IMG/VR virus record: IMGVR_UViG_3300037258_000590
Coordinates: 1-64,000 of that record
DNA length: 64,000 bases
Reading direction: 5' to 3' (one strand)
The notes beneath the pieces are model-generated. The model was not told the origin of the DNA and made no database searches. It saw only the letters and a program-made list of their open reading frames with translations. Shown in pieces: positions 16,453-25,729 of this stretch (the first letter of the stretch is position 1; every line of letters begins with the position of its first letter). The translations under genes were made by a program, and so were the position numbers.

Positions 16453-16707
16453 ATGAGCCGCTGCGATCACGCCATATCCGGTAACCAGCCTGACCATTAT
16501 GACCGCGTGATGAGTTTCCTCGCTGCGCACTCCCCGGCGACGGCTACCGATATCGGCGTTGCTCTCGGGCTCACGCAGGCGCGCGTTTTCCTTGTCCTGC
16601 ACGCCGCCGAGCGGAATGGTGCTGTGCAGCACCAGGACCGGGGCCCGCACACTGTCTATCCGCTGCTGTGGTCGATGACCCCGGCGTACCAACCAGGAGG
16701 TAAATGA
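16453..16707 (+). CDS. Winged-HTH protein
   Basis: AGGAG SD; VMSFLAAHSPATATDIGVALGLTQARVFLVL..AE..G.V. Confidence 0.75.
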   Translation: MSRCDHAISGNQPDHYDRVMSFLAAHSPATATDIGVALGLTQARVFLVLHAAERNGAVQHQDRGPHTVYPLLWSMTPAYQPGGK

Positions 16708-17120
16708 TGCCCGCAACCCCGGCCGCCAAGGCCCGGACCAAGAACGTAGCCGCCGCGAAGCGGTTGCTCAAGCTGATCGAGACGGAAGCTGCCCGCCACG
16801 GGGCCCTGCTCGCCGAGGGCCAGGTACCCGAAGGCAGTTTCCTGGCCAGCGTCATCAAGTACGACCAGGCCCTGTCCGCAGCAGCCCTGCTTGATTCGCT
16901 CAATGGCGAGCCCGCAGCAGACGGCGCGGTACTGGCCGACGATGTACGGCTGGATGACCTGGCCGCTCTTGTCCTGCTCGTCCAGGACATCACAGGTACG
17001 CCGCCGCCAGGTCAGGATATGCCGCTCACCCGGCTGATGGCTTCCGCGTTCCCGGACAGGCTGCCCGCGCCTGTGGCTGCCACTGCTGCCACGCCTGCCG
17101 CCGCCCAGAACGGGGCGTGA
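16704..17120 (+). CDS. Hypothetical protein
   Basis: AGGAGG SD; ATGA coupling. Confidence 0.8.
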   Translation: MMPATPAAKARTKNVAAAKRLLKLIETEAARHGALLAEGQVPEGSFLASVIKYDQALSAAALLDSLNGEPAADGAVLADDVRLDDLAALVLLVQDITGTPPPGQDMPLTRLMASAFPDRLPAPVAATAATPAAAQNGA

Positions 17121-17145
17121 CAGCGCCCGGGAATGCCAGGGCAGC

Positions 17146-17172
17146 CATGCAGCTTGTATACCGCATAGGACA
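17146..17172 (+). promoter_or_regulatory. Phage-specific intergenic motif, copy 2
   Basis: CATGCAGCTTGTATACCGCATAGGACA versus CATGCGTCTTGTATACTCCATAGGACA at 5140. Confidence 0.65.
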
Positions 17173-17463
17173 ATGAAGGGCAGGGGCGGGAAACGCATGA
17201 ACGTCCAGCCGGTGGAGCACACAGGCGACAGCGCGAACCTCGCCTTCTACACCGAGCGCGGCCAGCCAGCCGGGTACCTGTGGGCTGAGGTGGTCCGCGA
17301 CGATTACCAGCGTGCCGTGCCGCGATTCAGCGTCCGCGTGTACCGGCACCGGGCCGGCATCATCGGCAGGTTTACCTGTGCGCCGCTCTCCTGCTCAGTG
17401 CCCGGCCCGCTGGCCGCGGACACGGTGGCGCAGCTCATCTGGGATCAGGCGGGACTGACGTGA
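17173..17463 (+). CDS. Hypothetical protein (alternative start 17197)
   Basis: GTGA coupling downstream. Confidence 0.65.
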   Translation: MKGRGGKRMNVQPVEHTGDSANLAFYTERGQPAGYLWAEVVRDDYQRAVPRFSVRVYRHRAGIIGRFTCAPLSCSVPGPLAADTVAQLIWDQAGLT

Positions 17464-18116
17464 ATACCACCGAGATCCGGGTACGCCAGCGGGTACGCAT
17501 CCTTGCGCCGCCTGGGCACCCGCTGCACCAGGCAGCCGGCGTCGTCATAGGCGTCACGACTGCTGGGCAGTTGTGGTCCAGGCAGCCGCAGCGCATGATG
17601 ACCGAACCGCTGGCGTGGTTGACCGGCCAGGTAGAAGTCCGGCTAGACGAGTGCCCGGCACGAAATGGCCGCGCAGCTTCAGGCTCGTGGCCTCTTGCTG
17701 TCACCGTGCAACCGGGACAGCTGGAAAACGAGCCGGTCATGAGCACGACAAGCCCAGCAGGCCTGGCTCCCCGGAAGCTGGCCAAGCTGGCCGCCCGGCT
17801 GCCCTGGGTGATCCGGCTGGAGGAGACACAGGGCTGCGACGCGCACCGGTACGGGCACATGCCGGGTAAGGCACTGCGTGACCCGGTGCTGTTCGCGACG
17901 TACGCGTGCAAGAACAGCGCTCGCTGGCAGTTCACTGCGTTGCTCGCGAGCGACGGGCTCCGCGGCCCGGGGCTGGCAGCTACATCCGGCGTGTACTGCT
18001 GGACGCACCTGTTCTGCCAGATCCGGGGCTATCCGGCCGAAGAGGAACGATACCGCCGTGAGCTAGCCCGGCTCCGCGAGCCGGACGGGCAGATCCTGGA
18101 GGCGCATGATGGCTGA
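17460..18116 (+). CDS. Hypothetical protein
   Basis: Coupled ORF in a gene run. Confidence 0.7.
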   Translation: MNTTEIRVRQRVRILAPPGHPLHQAAGVVIGVTTAGQLWSRQPQRMMTEPLAWLTGQVEVRLDECPARNGRAASGSWPLAVTVQPGQLENEPVMSTTSPAGLAPRKLAKLAARLPWVIRLEETQGCDAHRYGHMPGKALRDPVLFATYACKNSARWQFTALLASDGLRGPGLAATSGVYCWTHLFCQIRGYPAEEERYRRELARLREPDGQILEAHDG

Positions 18117-18456
18117 CCTGCTGACCGAGGCGCAGCTGACAGCGGTCGCGCTCATCCGCGGTGCCGCGCACCTGAGAGGTAACCCGGGCGGGGAAGCCGG
18201 CACGATCGTGACAGAGTACCTGACCCGGGTGACCGCCCCCGGCGGCCCGTCTGAAGACGCTGACTACGCACTGCCCCTGGGTGCGCTATGCGCGGCGCTG
18301 AGTAACCTGGCCGGCGGCATGGTGCGCGTCTGGCTCGCTCAGCTGCTGGACATAGACGCGGAGGACGTACCTGCCGAGGCTATCGACACGCGGCTGGATT
18401 CACTGGAATTCGGGTTCATGGATACCGGGGAACAGGCAGGAGGCAGCCCGGCATGA
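18106..18456 (+). CDS. Hypothetical protein
   Basis: GGAGG SD; ATGA coupling. Confidence 0.75.
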   Translation: MMADLLTEAQLTAVALIRGAAHLRGNPGGEAGTIVTEYLTRVTAPGGPSEDADYALPLGALCAALSNLAGGMVRVWLAQLLDIDAEDVPAEAIDTRLDSLEFGFMDTGEQAGGSPA

Positions 18457-19079
18457 TGGAAGCACAACCGCGGTACGTAGCCGGGTTCGGTATCCGGCGC
18501 GGCAAGCTCCGCGGGGTGGCCCGGGAGTTCGCACCGGGCGGCGGCCTGGAGCTGTGGTACTGCGATCACGACCACGCCCCTGGCGTTCGTCGCTGCCCGG
18601 ACCTGACGCCAGCTCAGCGCGCCGGGGCCCAGCAGTGCGCACTGAGCTGGCTGGTCACGCAGATCCAGGACGGCTGGCTGCAGTCGCTGCCGGCACGCAC
18701 CGAAGACGAGGACGAGGCACAGCAGGCTGCTGCAGCTATCGTGCTTCCGCAGCCTGCTGTGCCGCAGGTTGCCGGGGATCCGCCCGCCTGTGCTGCGGTA
18801 ACCGATCAGGACAAGGCCGTTCTTCGCAGGTACAGCGATTCTCACTGGCGGGCGCTCATGGCAGACCTGGTTGCCCTTGACGCGGCCGGCACGCTCGGCG
18901 GGATCCGCGCCGTGGTAGCTGAGCGGCTGCGCCAGGTACGGAGCGGCAAGACAACCCGGGAGCTGACCGAGACCGTGTGGAGCGATCGGCCGCACCCGGC
19001 CGTGGCTCATGCGCGGTCTGCCGCTTTGCTGGCAGCGGAGATCGACTGGTGGAAAGCAAGCGAGGTACCCGGTGACTGA
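18453..19079 (+). CDS. Hypothetical protein
   Basis: AGGAGG SD; coupled. Confidence 0.75.
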   Translation: MMEAQPRYVAGFGIRRGKLRGVAREFAPGGGLELWYCDHDHAPGVRRCPDLTPAQRAGAQQCALSWLVTQIQDGWLQSLPARTEDEDEAQQAAAAIVLPQPAVPQVAGDPPACAAVTDQDKAVLRRYSDSHWRALMADLVALDAAGTLGGIRAVVAERLRQVRSGKTTRELTETVWSDRPHPAVAHARSAALLAAEIDWWKASEVPGD

Positions 19080-19779
19080 CCAGGACACAGCTGCTCTCCG
19101 CGCGGAAGCGGAGCGCTTGTTCGACCAGAAGTTCCGCGCAGCCGGCTGGACTGACGCGGATTTCCGCTCGTACAGCGGGTGGTCCATCCGGCAGGCGGTT
19201 ACCGGTATCGCGGCCGGCGGGGAAGTAGCCGCTGTGCAGCAGGTCCTTGGCGCATGGCGGCTGCCTCACCGCCCGCCCGGTGCCCTGTTCGACGGGTGCA
19301 TGGCCGTTATCCAGGAAGCCCGGCACGCTCAGTTCCCGGGTAATTCCGGCTGGACCTGGGATGAGAAAAGCAGCCGGTGGACAGCCCGCCGGGGCACTGT
19401 CCTGGTTACCGCCGCGTGGCCGCGCGATCAGATGCCGCCGGTCCGGGCTGATCAGTTCGCTGTTCAGCTGACCGGTACGGACTGGCACGGGGCTGTCACG
19501 CGGGCCATGGAGAATCCTGGCCTCGCGAATCTGCCGTGGGGCAAGCCGGTGCTCGCCGCGATCCCTGAGAGGTTCTGGACCCAGGACTGGTGCTGGGGTG
19601 TCAGGTACAAGATCGTCCTCGGCGGCCTGTGCTCGCACAGCGACCTGTCGCAAAGCCCGGCCTGCATCCAGCCGCGCCGGGAAAGCCAGGCTGAAGGCAT
19701 GGAACCGCCATGCGTCCCGTTTGACCCGGATAACGTGCGGCTCATGCTCCTGGACGGGAAGCTGAGCGATTATGCGTAA
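19072..19779 (+). CDS. Hypothetical protein
   Basis: GAGG SD before GTG 19072; 8-nt overlap with previous gene. Confidence 0.7.
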   Translation: MTDQDTAALRAEAERLFDQKFRAAGWTDADFRSYSGWSIRQAVTGIAAGGEVAAVQQVLGAWRLPHRPPGALFDGCMAVIQEARHAQFPGNSGWTWDEKSSRWTARRGTVLVTAAWPRDQMPPVRADQFAVQLTGTDWHGAVTRAMENPGLANLPWGKPVLAAIPERFWTQDWCWGVRYKIVLGGLCSHSDLSQSPACIQPRRESQAEGMEPPCVPFDPDNVRLMLLDGKLSDYA

Positions 19780-19824
19780 ATCCTGGTCGCTACCTCCGGA
19801 AACCAGCTGGCAGGATGGTATCAC

Positions 19825-20112
19825 GTGACAACTAGCGCGCAGCTGGCCGACCAGGCCGGGATCACCTACCGGCAGCTGGATCACTGGGCCAGGACCGGGT
19901 GGCTGCACCCGGCCGGCGGAACGGGCAGCGGCCGGGAACGCGACTGGCCCCCGGCGGAGCAAGCCGTGGCCCGCGCCATGGGAGCCTTGTGCCAGTACGG
20001 CATCAGCCCCGCCCTGGCCCATTCGCTGGCCCGGAACCAGCTGGCCAGCGATGTACTGGCTGTGCTGGCCAAGCTGCCGGAAATCCCGAAATCCGCTAAG
20101 GCCGCACCATGA
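19825..20112 (+). CDS. MerR-family HTH DNA-binding protein
   Basis: TSAQLADQAGITYRQLDHWARTGWL.P...GSG..R.W. Confidence 0.85.
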   Translation: MTTSAQLADQAGITYRQLDHWARTGWLHPAGGTGSGRERDWPPAEQAVARAMGALCQYGISPALAHSLARNQLASDVLAVLAKLPEIPKSAKAAP

Positions 20113-20294
20113 CCCGCGATGGCTGGCTGGAGCGCTGGCTGGCTGGCTGGACCGGCTTGAGCAGCATCCTGGCCACCGGAGTGCTAGTCGGCGTCATCAC
20201 CTGGCTCATCGCCAGCTCAGCTGCAGCACCGCAGCCGTGCCACCTGGTGCTGGCTCCGGTCGGCCGCGCGCACTACATCAGAATCTGCCCCTGA
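20109..20294 (+). CDS. Small membrane protein
   Basis: One TM segment; ATGA coupling. Confidence 0.6.
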   Translation: MTRDGWLERWLAGWTGLSSILATGVLVGVITWLIASSAAAPQPCHLVLAPVGRAHYIRICP

Positions 20295-20320
20295 CCATCC
20301 GGTTCGCATACAGGAGACCC

Positions 20321-20857
20321 ATGATGAGGAAAATCCCCGCCGCCGTGGCCGCGGGCGCAGTACTCGTGCTCATGCTCGTACTCGGCGCGTGCGGCTCCGC
20401 CAGCTCCGGTCACGCCGCCGCTGCGGCTAGCTCAGCCGAGGCCAATCCGGCTGTCAGCGCTGACATCACCCAGGCCAAGGCCGACGTCGCCCGGTGCGTC
20501 ACCGGCACGCCGCTGCAGCAGATCCATACCCTCCGCGTGCTATTCCTGGAGTCCGCGACAGGCAAGAACGGCCTGGAAGTCGCCGCCACCCGGGCCCGCG
20601 TATTCAGCTGCATGGGTGTCGCGCCTGCTCAGCAGACCGCATTCAAGAACGACGCGCTGACCGCTGCCGAGCGCGGCAAGGTCTACACCAAGGCAGGCGC
20701 CCGGACATACCTGGAAGGAACGCTCCCCGCCCTGCTGGCTAAGTACCAGGCTGCTGGCGGCATGTCACCCACGGGAACACCGGGCACCGCCGCCACCGCC
20801 ACCGCTCCGGCGGGCTCTCCTGCGCCGAGCCCGGGCAAGACCGGGACTAACTCATGA
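20321..20857 (+). CDS. Lipoprotein
   Basis: AGGAG SD; basic N-terminus, hydrophobic stretch and lipobox LGAC. Confidence 0.8.
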   Translation: MMRKIPAAVAAGAVLVLMLVLGACGSASSGHAAAAASSAEANPAVSADITQAKADVARCVTGTPLQQIHTLRVLFLESATGKNGLEVAATRARVFSCMGVAPAQQTAFKNDALTAAERGKVYTKAGARTYLEGTLPALLAKYQAAGGMSPTGTPGTAATATAPAGSPAPSPGKTGTNS

Positions 20858-21516
20858 CCGCCGCTCAGACCATGCGTGCCCGGTTCCTGGCCGCCGCGGA
20901 AGAAATCGCCGCCGTCTACCGGGACGCCTCCGGTCCGATCTGGTATGACGGCCGCCACCGCATCCGCGACGCGTACAAGGCTCTGCTGGAACTAGCCGCC
21001 TGGATCCCGGACACTGAGCCCGGCTGGCTGCCCTATGGTGATATGCCAGCAGCCGGCATCGCTGCAGCTCGCCGTAACGCGGAGAAGGGACTGGCTTCGC
21101 CGGAAGTCACCTTGCAGCTGATCCGCCAGGTGCAGGCGCTGCGCGAGCAGCTGACCGCGATCGGCGGCGCGCACGGGGTCACCGACTCTGACATCGGGTC
21201 CATGATCGCTGAGGGCTTCGCCACTGCCTGGCGCAAAGCTGTCGACAGCCCCGAATCGGTCGTCATCTGGAAGCTGATCAAGGACATGGACCGTAAAGAG
21301 TGGGGCTCGGTCATCGACTTCGTGGCCGATCCGCTTATCGCCATGCTGCGCGAAGCTGAGCGCCGCCCGGCGGCAGAAGCAGAGGGCCGCCACCACCTGA
21401 CACCAGGTGAGCTGGAGCGCCTGCTCGCCGACCCGGCGGTGCAGGCCCGGCTCCGGGAGCTGTCCGGGCAGCCCGCCGGACTGCCGGCTGAGGCTGGAGA
21501 GGATGTAACGCTATGA
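20854..21516 (+). CDS. Hypothetical protein
   Basis: ATGA coupling both sides. Confidence 0.75.
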   Translation: MTAAQTMRARFLAAAEEIAAVYRDASGPIWYDGRHRIRDAYKALLELAAWIPDTEPGWLPYGDMPAAGIAAARRNAEKGLASPEVTLQLIRQVQALREQLTAIGGAHGVTDSDIGSMIAEGFATAWRKAVDSPESVVIWKLIKDMDRKEWGSVIDFVADPLIAMLREAERRPAAEAEGRHHLTPGELERLLADPAVQARLRELSGQPAGLPAEAGEDVTL

Positions 21517-22415
21517 CCACCGTAGAACGCGCACCGAGGCATGCCAGCCCGGACATCCCCAAGATCGCCCTGATCTCCTGGCTCGGCCTGGAATCTGTCC
21601 TCTGGTCGGTAGGCATCGGTCACCTGGCCAAATGGGCTGGCAACTTCGCTTACTTCGCTAGCGTCCAGGTTCGCTACGCGGTCGGTTACGGTAACGGGCT
21701 GTGGACAGTCTGGTATCTCAAAGACGCCTGGGACCGGCTGCCCGTGCATATCGGGAACCTGCTCGGCGAGCACTGGTTCGCCAGCCAGGCCGCGCCGGAG
21801 TGGTGGTTCACCTGGCGCCACGATATTCGTGACGTCGGCATCGCGCTGGCTGCCACCATCGCCGTCCAGTTCCTGTTCACCAAGCCGCGGCACCCAGCTG
21901 ATGACCGGCTGACCGTCCGCCAGTACGTCACGGCTGTCCCGGTAGCTCTTGGTGCTGCCCTGATCCCGATCGCGATCATCGGCGTGCTGGCCTGGAAGCT
22001 GCCGTGGCTGCAGCAGCATGGCTGGCAGGTTCCGGCCAGCTTCGGCGCACTTGCGTCTGAGGTTAACGGCTTCATCGCCGCCGGTACCTGGATCACCGCG
22101 GTCATGGGCATCGCGGGTGGTATCGCGGCTAAGCCGTTCATCCGGCGTGTCGCCGACGACATCCAGTGGTTCTTCGCCGAGCGGTCGGCAGGCCGGATCC
22201 GCAGCAGCTCCGCGCTGGGTAAGCTGCGCGGCACGCGGGTGATCGGCACGCCTGCTCACCGGCGCCGGGTGCGCTGGCTGCTCGATAACCGCCCCGGCCT
22301 GCCTGCCCGTAATCCGTGGCTGGTCCGCGGATTGCTTGCCGCCGGGTTCATCGTGCTGGCGTTCGCCGCGGCGGGCGCGTGGCTGACCCTGGCCGGCCCG
22401 GCGGCGGTGCACTGA
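21513..22415 (+). CDS. Multi-pass membrane protein
   Basis: About five hydrophobic segments; GGAGAGG SD. Confidence 0.8.
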   Translation: MTTVERAPRHASPDIPKIALISWLGLESVLWSVGIGHLAKWAGNFAYFASVQVRYAVGYGNGLWTVWYLKDAWDRLPVHIGNLLGEHWFASQAAPEWWFTWRHDIRDVGIALAATIAVQFLFTKPRHPADDRLTVRQYVTAVPVALGAALIPIAIIGVLAWKLPWLQQHGWQVPASFGALASEVNGFIAAGTWITAVMGIAGGIAAKPFIRRVADDIQWFFAERSAGRIRSSSALGKLRGTRVIGTPAHRRRVRWLLDNRPGLPARNPWLVRGLLAAGFIVLAFAAAGAWLTLAGPAAVH

Positions 22416-22717
22416 TGACCGGCTTGAACTGGCGGCAGATTCCCGGCGGCGAGCAGGCGCACGGCACCGACTGGACGTACCTCATCACGCATGACGACTG
22501 GATCGCGGTGCTGACCCGGTTCCAGCAGGGGCCTGACTACTGGGAAATCGCCCGGCAGGCCGCGCTGAACGCCATCCAGCTCGGCGGTGGGTACAGAGCG
22601 GTTCCGGAGGTTGCCGCCGATGTTGTCACCCACCTCAAGCAGACCGCGCAGCTGTACGAGGCCGGGACCGGCATCACCGGCTACCCGGCCTGGTGGCCTG
22701 CGGCGGTGCCCAGATGA
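22415..22717 (+). CDS. Hypothetical protein
   Basis: TGATG coupling; MTGLNWRQ... Confidence 0.7.
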   Translation: MTGLNWRQIPGGEQAHGTDWTYLITHDDWIAVLTRFQQGPDYWEIARQAALNAIQLGGGYRAVPEVAADVVTHLKQTAQLYEAGTGITGYPAWWPAAVPR

Positions 22718-23178
22718 GCATCGAGCATCGCCGTGGCGACCTGTTCGCTTCCGGACTGCCCGCGCTCGCGCACGGCGTCAACTGCCGCGGGGCGATGGGC
22801 GCCGGTATTGCCCGCGGCTTCCGCGACCGGTGGCCGGACATGTACATGACGTACCGCGAAGCGTGCGCCAAGGGCGCCCTTCAGCCTGGGCAGGTCCTGA
22901 CCTGGGAGGACGAGCGCACCGGAACTGTCATATTCAATCTCGCGACCCAGCGGCTCACCGGCCCGGACGTGCAGCCCTGGGCTATCGTCACGGCTACCGG
23001 CCAGATGATCCTGGCCGCCCGGAACCGGGGCATCAAGCAGGTCGGCATGCCCATGATCGGCTGCGGGATCGGCGGCCTGAGGCCCGGCGTGCTCTGGGCC
23101 TGCCTGGAGCCGTTTTATGGCGCTCCCGTGGACCTGATCGTCTGCGAGTACGTACCCGCGGAGGGGGCCCGGCCATGA
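22714..23178 (+). CDS. Macrodomain (ADP-ribose glycohydrolase, ALC1/TARG1/DarG-like class)
   Basis: GDLF...ALAHGVNC.GAMGAGIA..F...WP.MY; IFNLATQ; MPMIGCGIGGL. Confidence 0.9.
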   Translation: MSIEHRRGDLFASGLPALAHGVNCRGAMGAGIARGFRDRWPDMYMTYREACAKGALQPGQVLTWEDERTGTVIFNLATQRLTGPDVQPWAIVTATGQMILAARNRGIKQVGMPMIGCGIGGLRPGVLWACLEPFYGAPVDLIVCEYVPAEGARP

Positions 23179-23513
23179 CCGGCAGCCGCAGTGCTGGCTC
23201 CCTGCTCGTGATCATCGCCGCCATCGTGATCTTCGCGGTCTTGTGGGCCAGCGGCGCGTTCAAAGCGGCGGCCGGCAATATCACCTGCAAGAAACAGGCC
23301 GGCCAGCAGTACGAGCTGTGCATCACCGGGCAGCAGTACCCGGTTTACGTGCCGTACAGCACCTGGCGGGCCGCCCGGGTCGGCGGCTACTACGACGAAA
23401 GTACGCATCACGTGTTCGGCAGCGTCGATGATGACCCGCATGCGCCGCGCGGTGTCTTCGGCGGCGGCGATGACCCGCACGGATTCAGCGGTGGCGGAGA
23501 TGGCGGCCGGTGA
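23175..23513 (+). CDS. Single-pass membrane protein
   Basis: N-terminal TM helix; ATGA/GTGA coupling. Confidence 0.7.
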   Translation: MTGSRSAGSLLVIIAAIVIFAVLWASGAFKAAAGNITCKKQAGQQYELCITGQQYPVYVPYSTWRAARVGGYYDESTHHVFGSVDDDPHAPRGVFGGGDDPHGFSGGGDGGR

Positions 23514-23722
23514 GCAGCAAAGCTCTCACTGACGAGGAACGCCGGGCCATCGCATCCCTGGAGCGGCTGGCAAAGCGCTGGCCGAAATCGCTCAAGCTGT
23601 TCAGCTGGTCCGGGACGCTGTGCGTTGTGCAGTCGGAGGCAGATCTCCTGGACGGGCCTGATCCGGACGCCGCCGTGATCACGACGATCCAAGGCATCCC
23701 GAACGGCGGAGGAGACCCGTGA
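23510..23722 (+). CDS. Hypothetical protein
   Basis: GTGA coupling. Confidence 0.7.
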   Translation: MSSKALTDEERRAIASLERLAKRWPKSLKLFSWSGTLCVVQSEADLLDGPDPDAAVITTIQGIPNGGGDP

Positions 23723-24030
23723 GCAGTGAAGCCGCCTGGTACCAGCCTGTCGCCTCCGCGGTGCAGGCCCGGCAGTGGGACGACCGGACTGATCTTACGG
23801 AAGAACTGGCCGACTGGTGTGATGGCTGGGCGTACACCGGGGACCGCCACGGCCATACCCGGCCGCCCTGGCAGCACCACACGTGCATCACGCCGGGTAC
23901 CCAGGCTGACGGCGGCAAAGGTCATGCTGACCCGGGGGACTGGATTATCCGGATCGCGCCCGGCGTCTACGAGATCCTGGAGCCGCCGGAATTCCAGGCC
24001 CGGTACCGCCGGATCCCGGCACCGTCATGA
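23719..24030 (+). CDS. Hypothetical phage protein with PGDWII motif
   Basis: ADPGDWIIR...YEIL.P.EF.ARY. Confidence 0.75.
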   Translation: MSSEAAWYQPVASAVQARQWDDRTDLTEELADWCDGWAYTGDRHGHTRPPWQHHTCITPGTQADGGKGHADPGDWIIRIAPGVYEILEPPEFQARYRRIPAPS

Positions 24031-24350
24031 TCACCATCGAACGGCACTGGAAACGGCTGCGGCGTCCGGAGAACGGCGACGACGGATTCGAGGCCTGCGT
24101 GGCAATAACCGTACCGGGCCGGCGGCTGCGGCTCGGCGCGTTCTACGGCGAGGCGCCCGGCTCGCACATGGCCGGGAAACACGTTGCTGCCTGGCGTACC
24201 CGGATGGGCAGCTTCCGCGGTATCAATATCCGGTTCGGCTGGTGGCCGCGGCCGTGCGTCACGCTGCTGGCCCATACACGGCCGGAACGCTTCTACGACC
24301 GGCAGGACCCGCGCCTGGTCTGGGCGGAAGCTGTTACTGAGGAGGCATGA
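24027..24350 (+). CDS. Hypothetical protein
   Basis: ATGA coupling. Confidence 0.65.
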   Translation: MITIERHWKRLRRPENGDDGFEACVAITVPGRRLRLGAFYGEAPGSHMAGKHVAAWRTRMGSFRGINIRFGWWPRPCVTLLAHTRPERFYDRQDPRLVWAEAVTEEA

Positions 24351-24643
24351 TGGCCCAGGAAGACGGAGATGTGCTCAGCGTGCCGTACAGTCCTGGTACG
24401 CGCCGCGCCGCTTCTGGCCTGGGCTACCTGACGTGCGGGCCCTGTGCTGCCGCAGGCGACAGTAACCCGAAAGGGCCGGTGCACCGGCAGAGCCGCGAGC
24501 TGTGGGTACGGCGGCGAGACCGGGCCCTGCACCATAACGGCGTAGATCCGGTGTCCGGGGCTTCGGCGGCCCTGGCCATGTGGCACCTGGACTTGCTCGG
24601 AACACCTGTCGCTGGGCTCAGCCCCGCACCCAGCACGTCATAG
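24347..24643 (+). CDS. Hypothetical protein
   Basis: GAGGAGG SD; ATGA coupling. Confidence 0.65.
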   Translation: MMAQEDGDVLSVPYSPGTRRAASGLGYLTCGPCAAAGDSNPKGPVHRQSRELWVRRRDRALHHNGVDPVSGASAALAMWHLDLLGTPVAGLSPAPSTS

Positions 24644-24747
24644 TCAGTCCGGCCGCACGCTCTGCAGAGGACATCATGAACCCTGTTACCAGAGACCTGA
24701 TCGTCCGCGCGGCCGAGGTGACCGCGACGAGCCCGAAGGGGACGTAA

Positions 24748-25104
24748 GTGATGAAGGCCTTCCCCTGCAAGCCCTGCGGCGGCAGCCATGAGACCGACGT
24801 GCCCAAGTCGGCCGCCGACTGGCCCGTTGACGACTGGGGTGCGTTCATGGACGCTCAGTCTGAGCATGTCGCCGCACACGGTCGCACGGCTGACGCAGGC
24901 TCGCACATCAGGAAGCAGATGGCGCCGAGCAAGCGCGGTGATGGCTTCTACAAGGTCAAGTACGGCAGCAGCGAGAACGGCTCGCAGACCTTGTGCGGCG
25001 CGGCGGCGACCGACCGTGACATGGGCTGGGGCGACGCGAGGTTCGCCAAGAACCGCCAGTACGTGACGTGTGAGCGGTGCCTGGAACTGAGGCCGGCGCA
25101 GTGA
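24748..25104 (+). CDS. Hypothetical Cys-containing protein
   Basis: CKPC..H, TLCG, VTCERC. Confidence 0.7.
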   Translation: MMKAFPCKPCGGSHETDVPKSAADWPVDDWGAFMDAQSEHVAAHGRTADAGSHIRKQMAPSKRGDGFYKVKYGSSENGSQTLCGAAATDRDMGWGDARFAKNRQYVTCERCLELRPAQ

Positions 25105-25499
25105 GCGCGGCCCGGCTGACTCAGCGCGAACTGAGAGCCATCAGCGAAGCTCTTGCCGCTCGTCTCGCTGCCGAGATTGAGGACGTCGGCGACCTCACCT
25201 GCGAGGACTACGAGTCGGCCCAGCGGAAGATCGGCGGCCGGGTCAAGTGGCGCGCAGACGAGTTGGAGGACTGGCCCATGACCCCCAAGACCCCCTCAAG
25301 GCGCTGGCGCATCGCCACCGCCGTCAGCGCGGTCGATCTCCGCAGCGAGCGAGAGGCTTACGACGCCCTGAACGATCTCGCCGCGGACAAGACCATCGCC
25401 GGCCCCGGCACGCGCGTCACCGTCCACCACTGGGAAAACGGCCGCTGGGTGCTGTACGAGCGCGTCGTGATCACTGAGAACAGATGGGAACCGGCATGA
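25101..25499 (+). CDS. Hypothetical protein
   Basis: GTGA coupling. Confidence 0.7.
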   Translation: MSAARLTQRELRAISEALAARLAAEIEDVGDLTCEDYESAQRKIGGRVKWRADELEDWPMTPKTPSRRWRIATAVSAVDLRSEREAYDALNDLAADKTIAGPGTRVTVHHWENGRWVLYERVVITENRWEPA

Positions 25500-25690
25500 C
25501 CCCCAAGCCCAAGACCCCCGCCCCGACGACCATCAAGTGCGCTTGGTGGGAGAACGCGGAGAGCCGCCGCCTGCGAGCCGGGCGATGGGAGTTCTACCGC
25601 GACCGCCGCGACTGGTGGATCGGCGTGTTCTTCGCGGGCGAGCGAGGGACATACTTCTGCTTCTTGACGCTAGTGGCAAAACGAGGCTGA
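25496..25690 (+). CDS. Hypothetical Trp-rich protein
   Basis: ATGA coupling. Confidence 0.65.
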   Translation: MTPKPKTPAPTTIKCAWWENAESRRLRAGRWEFYRDRRDWWIGVFFAGERGTYFCFLTLVAKRG

Positions 25691-25729
25691 CCCATGACCC
25701 CCACCCCTGCTACCGGAGAGGTGTAAGCG

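Noticed and set aside
19600-19779. His-Cys box/HNH nuclease at the end of the 19072 gene (CSHSD...ACIQP)
   Set aside because: The resemblance to SHLC.N..C.NP.HL is too weak to support.
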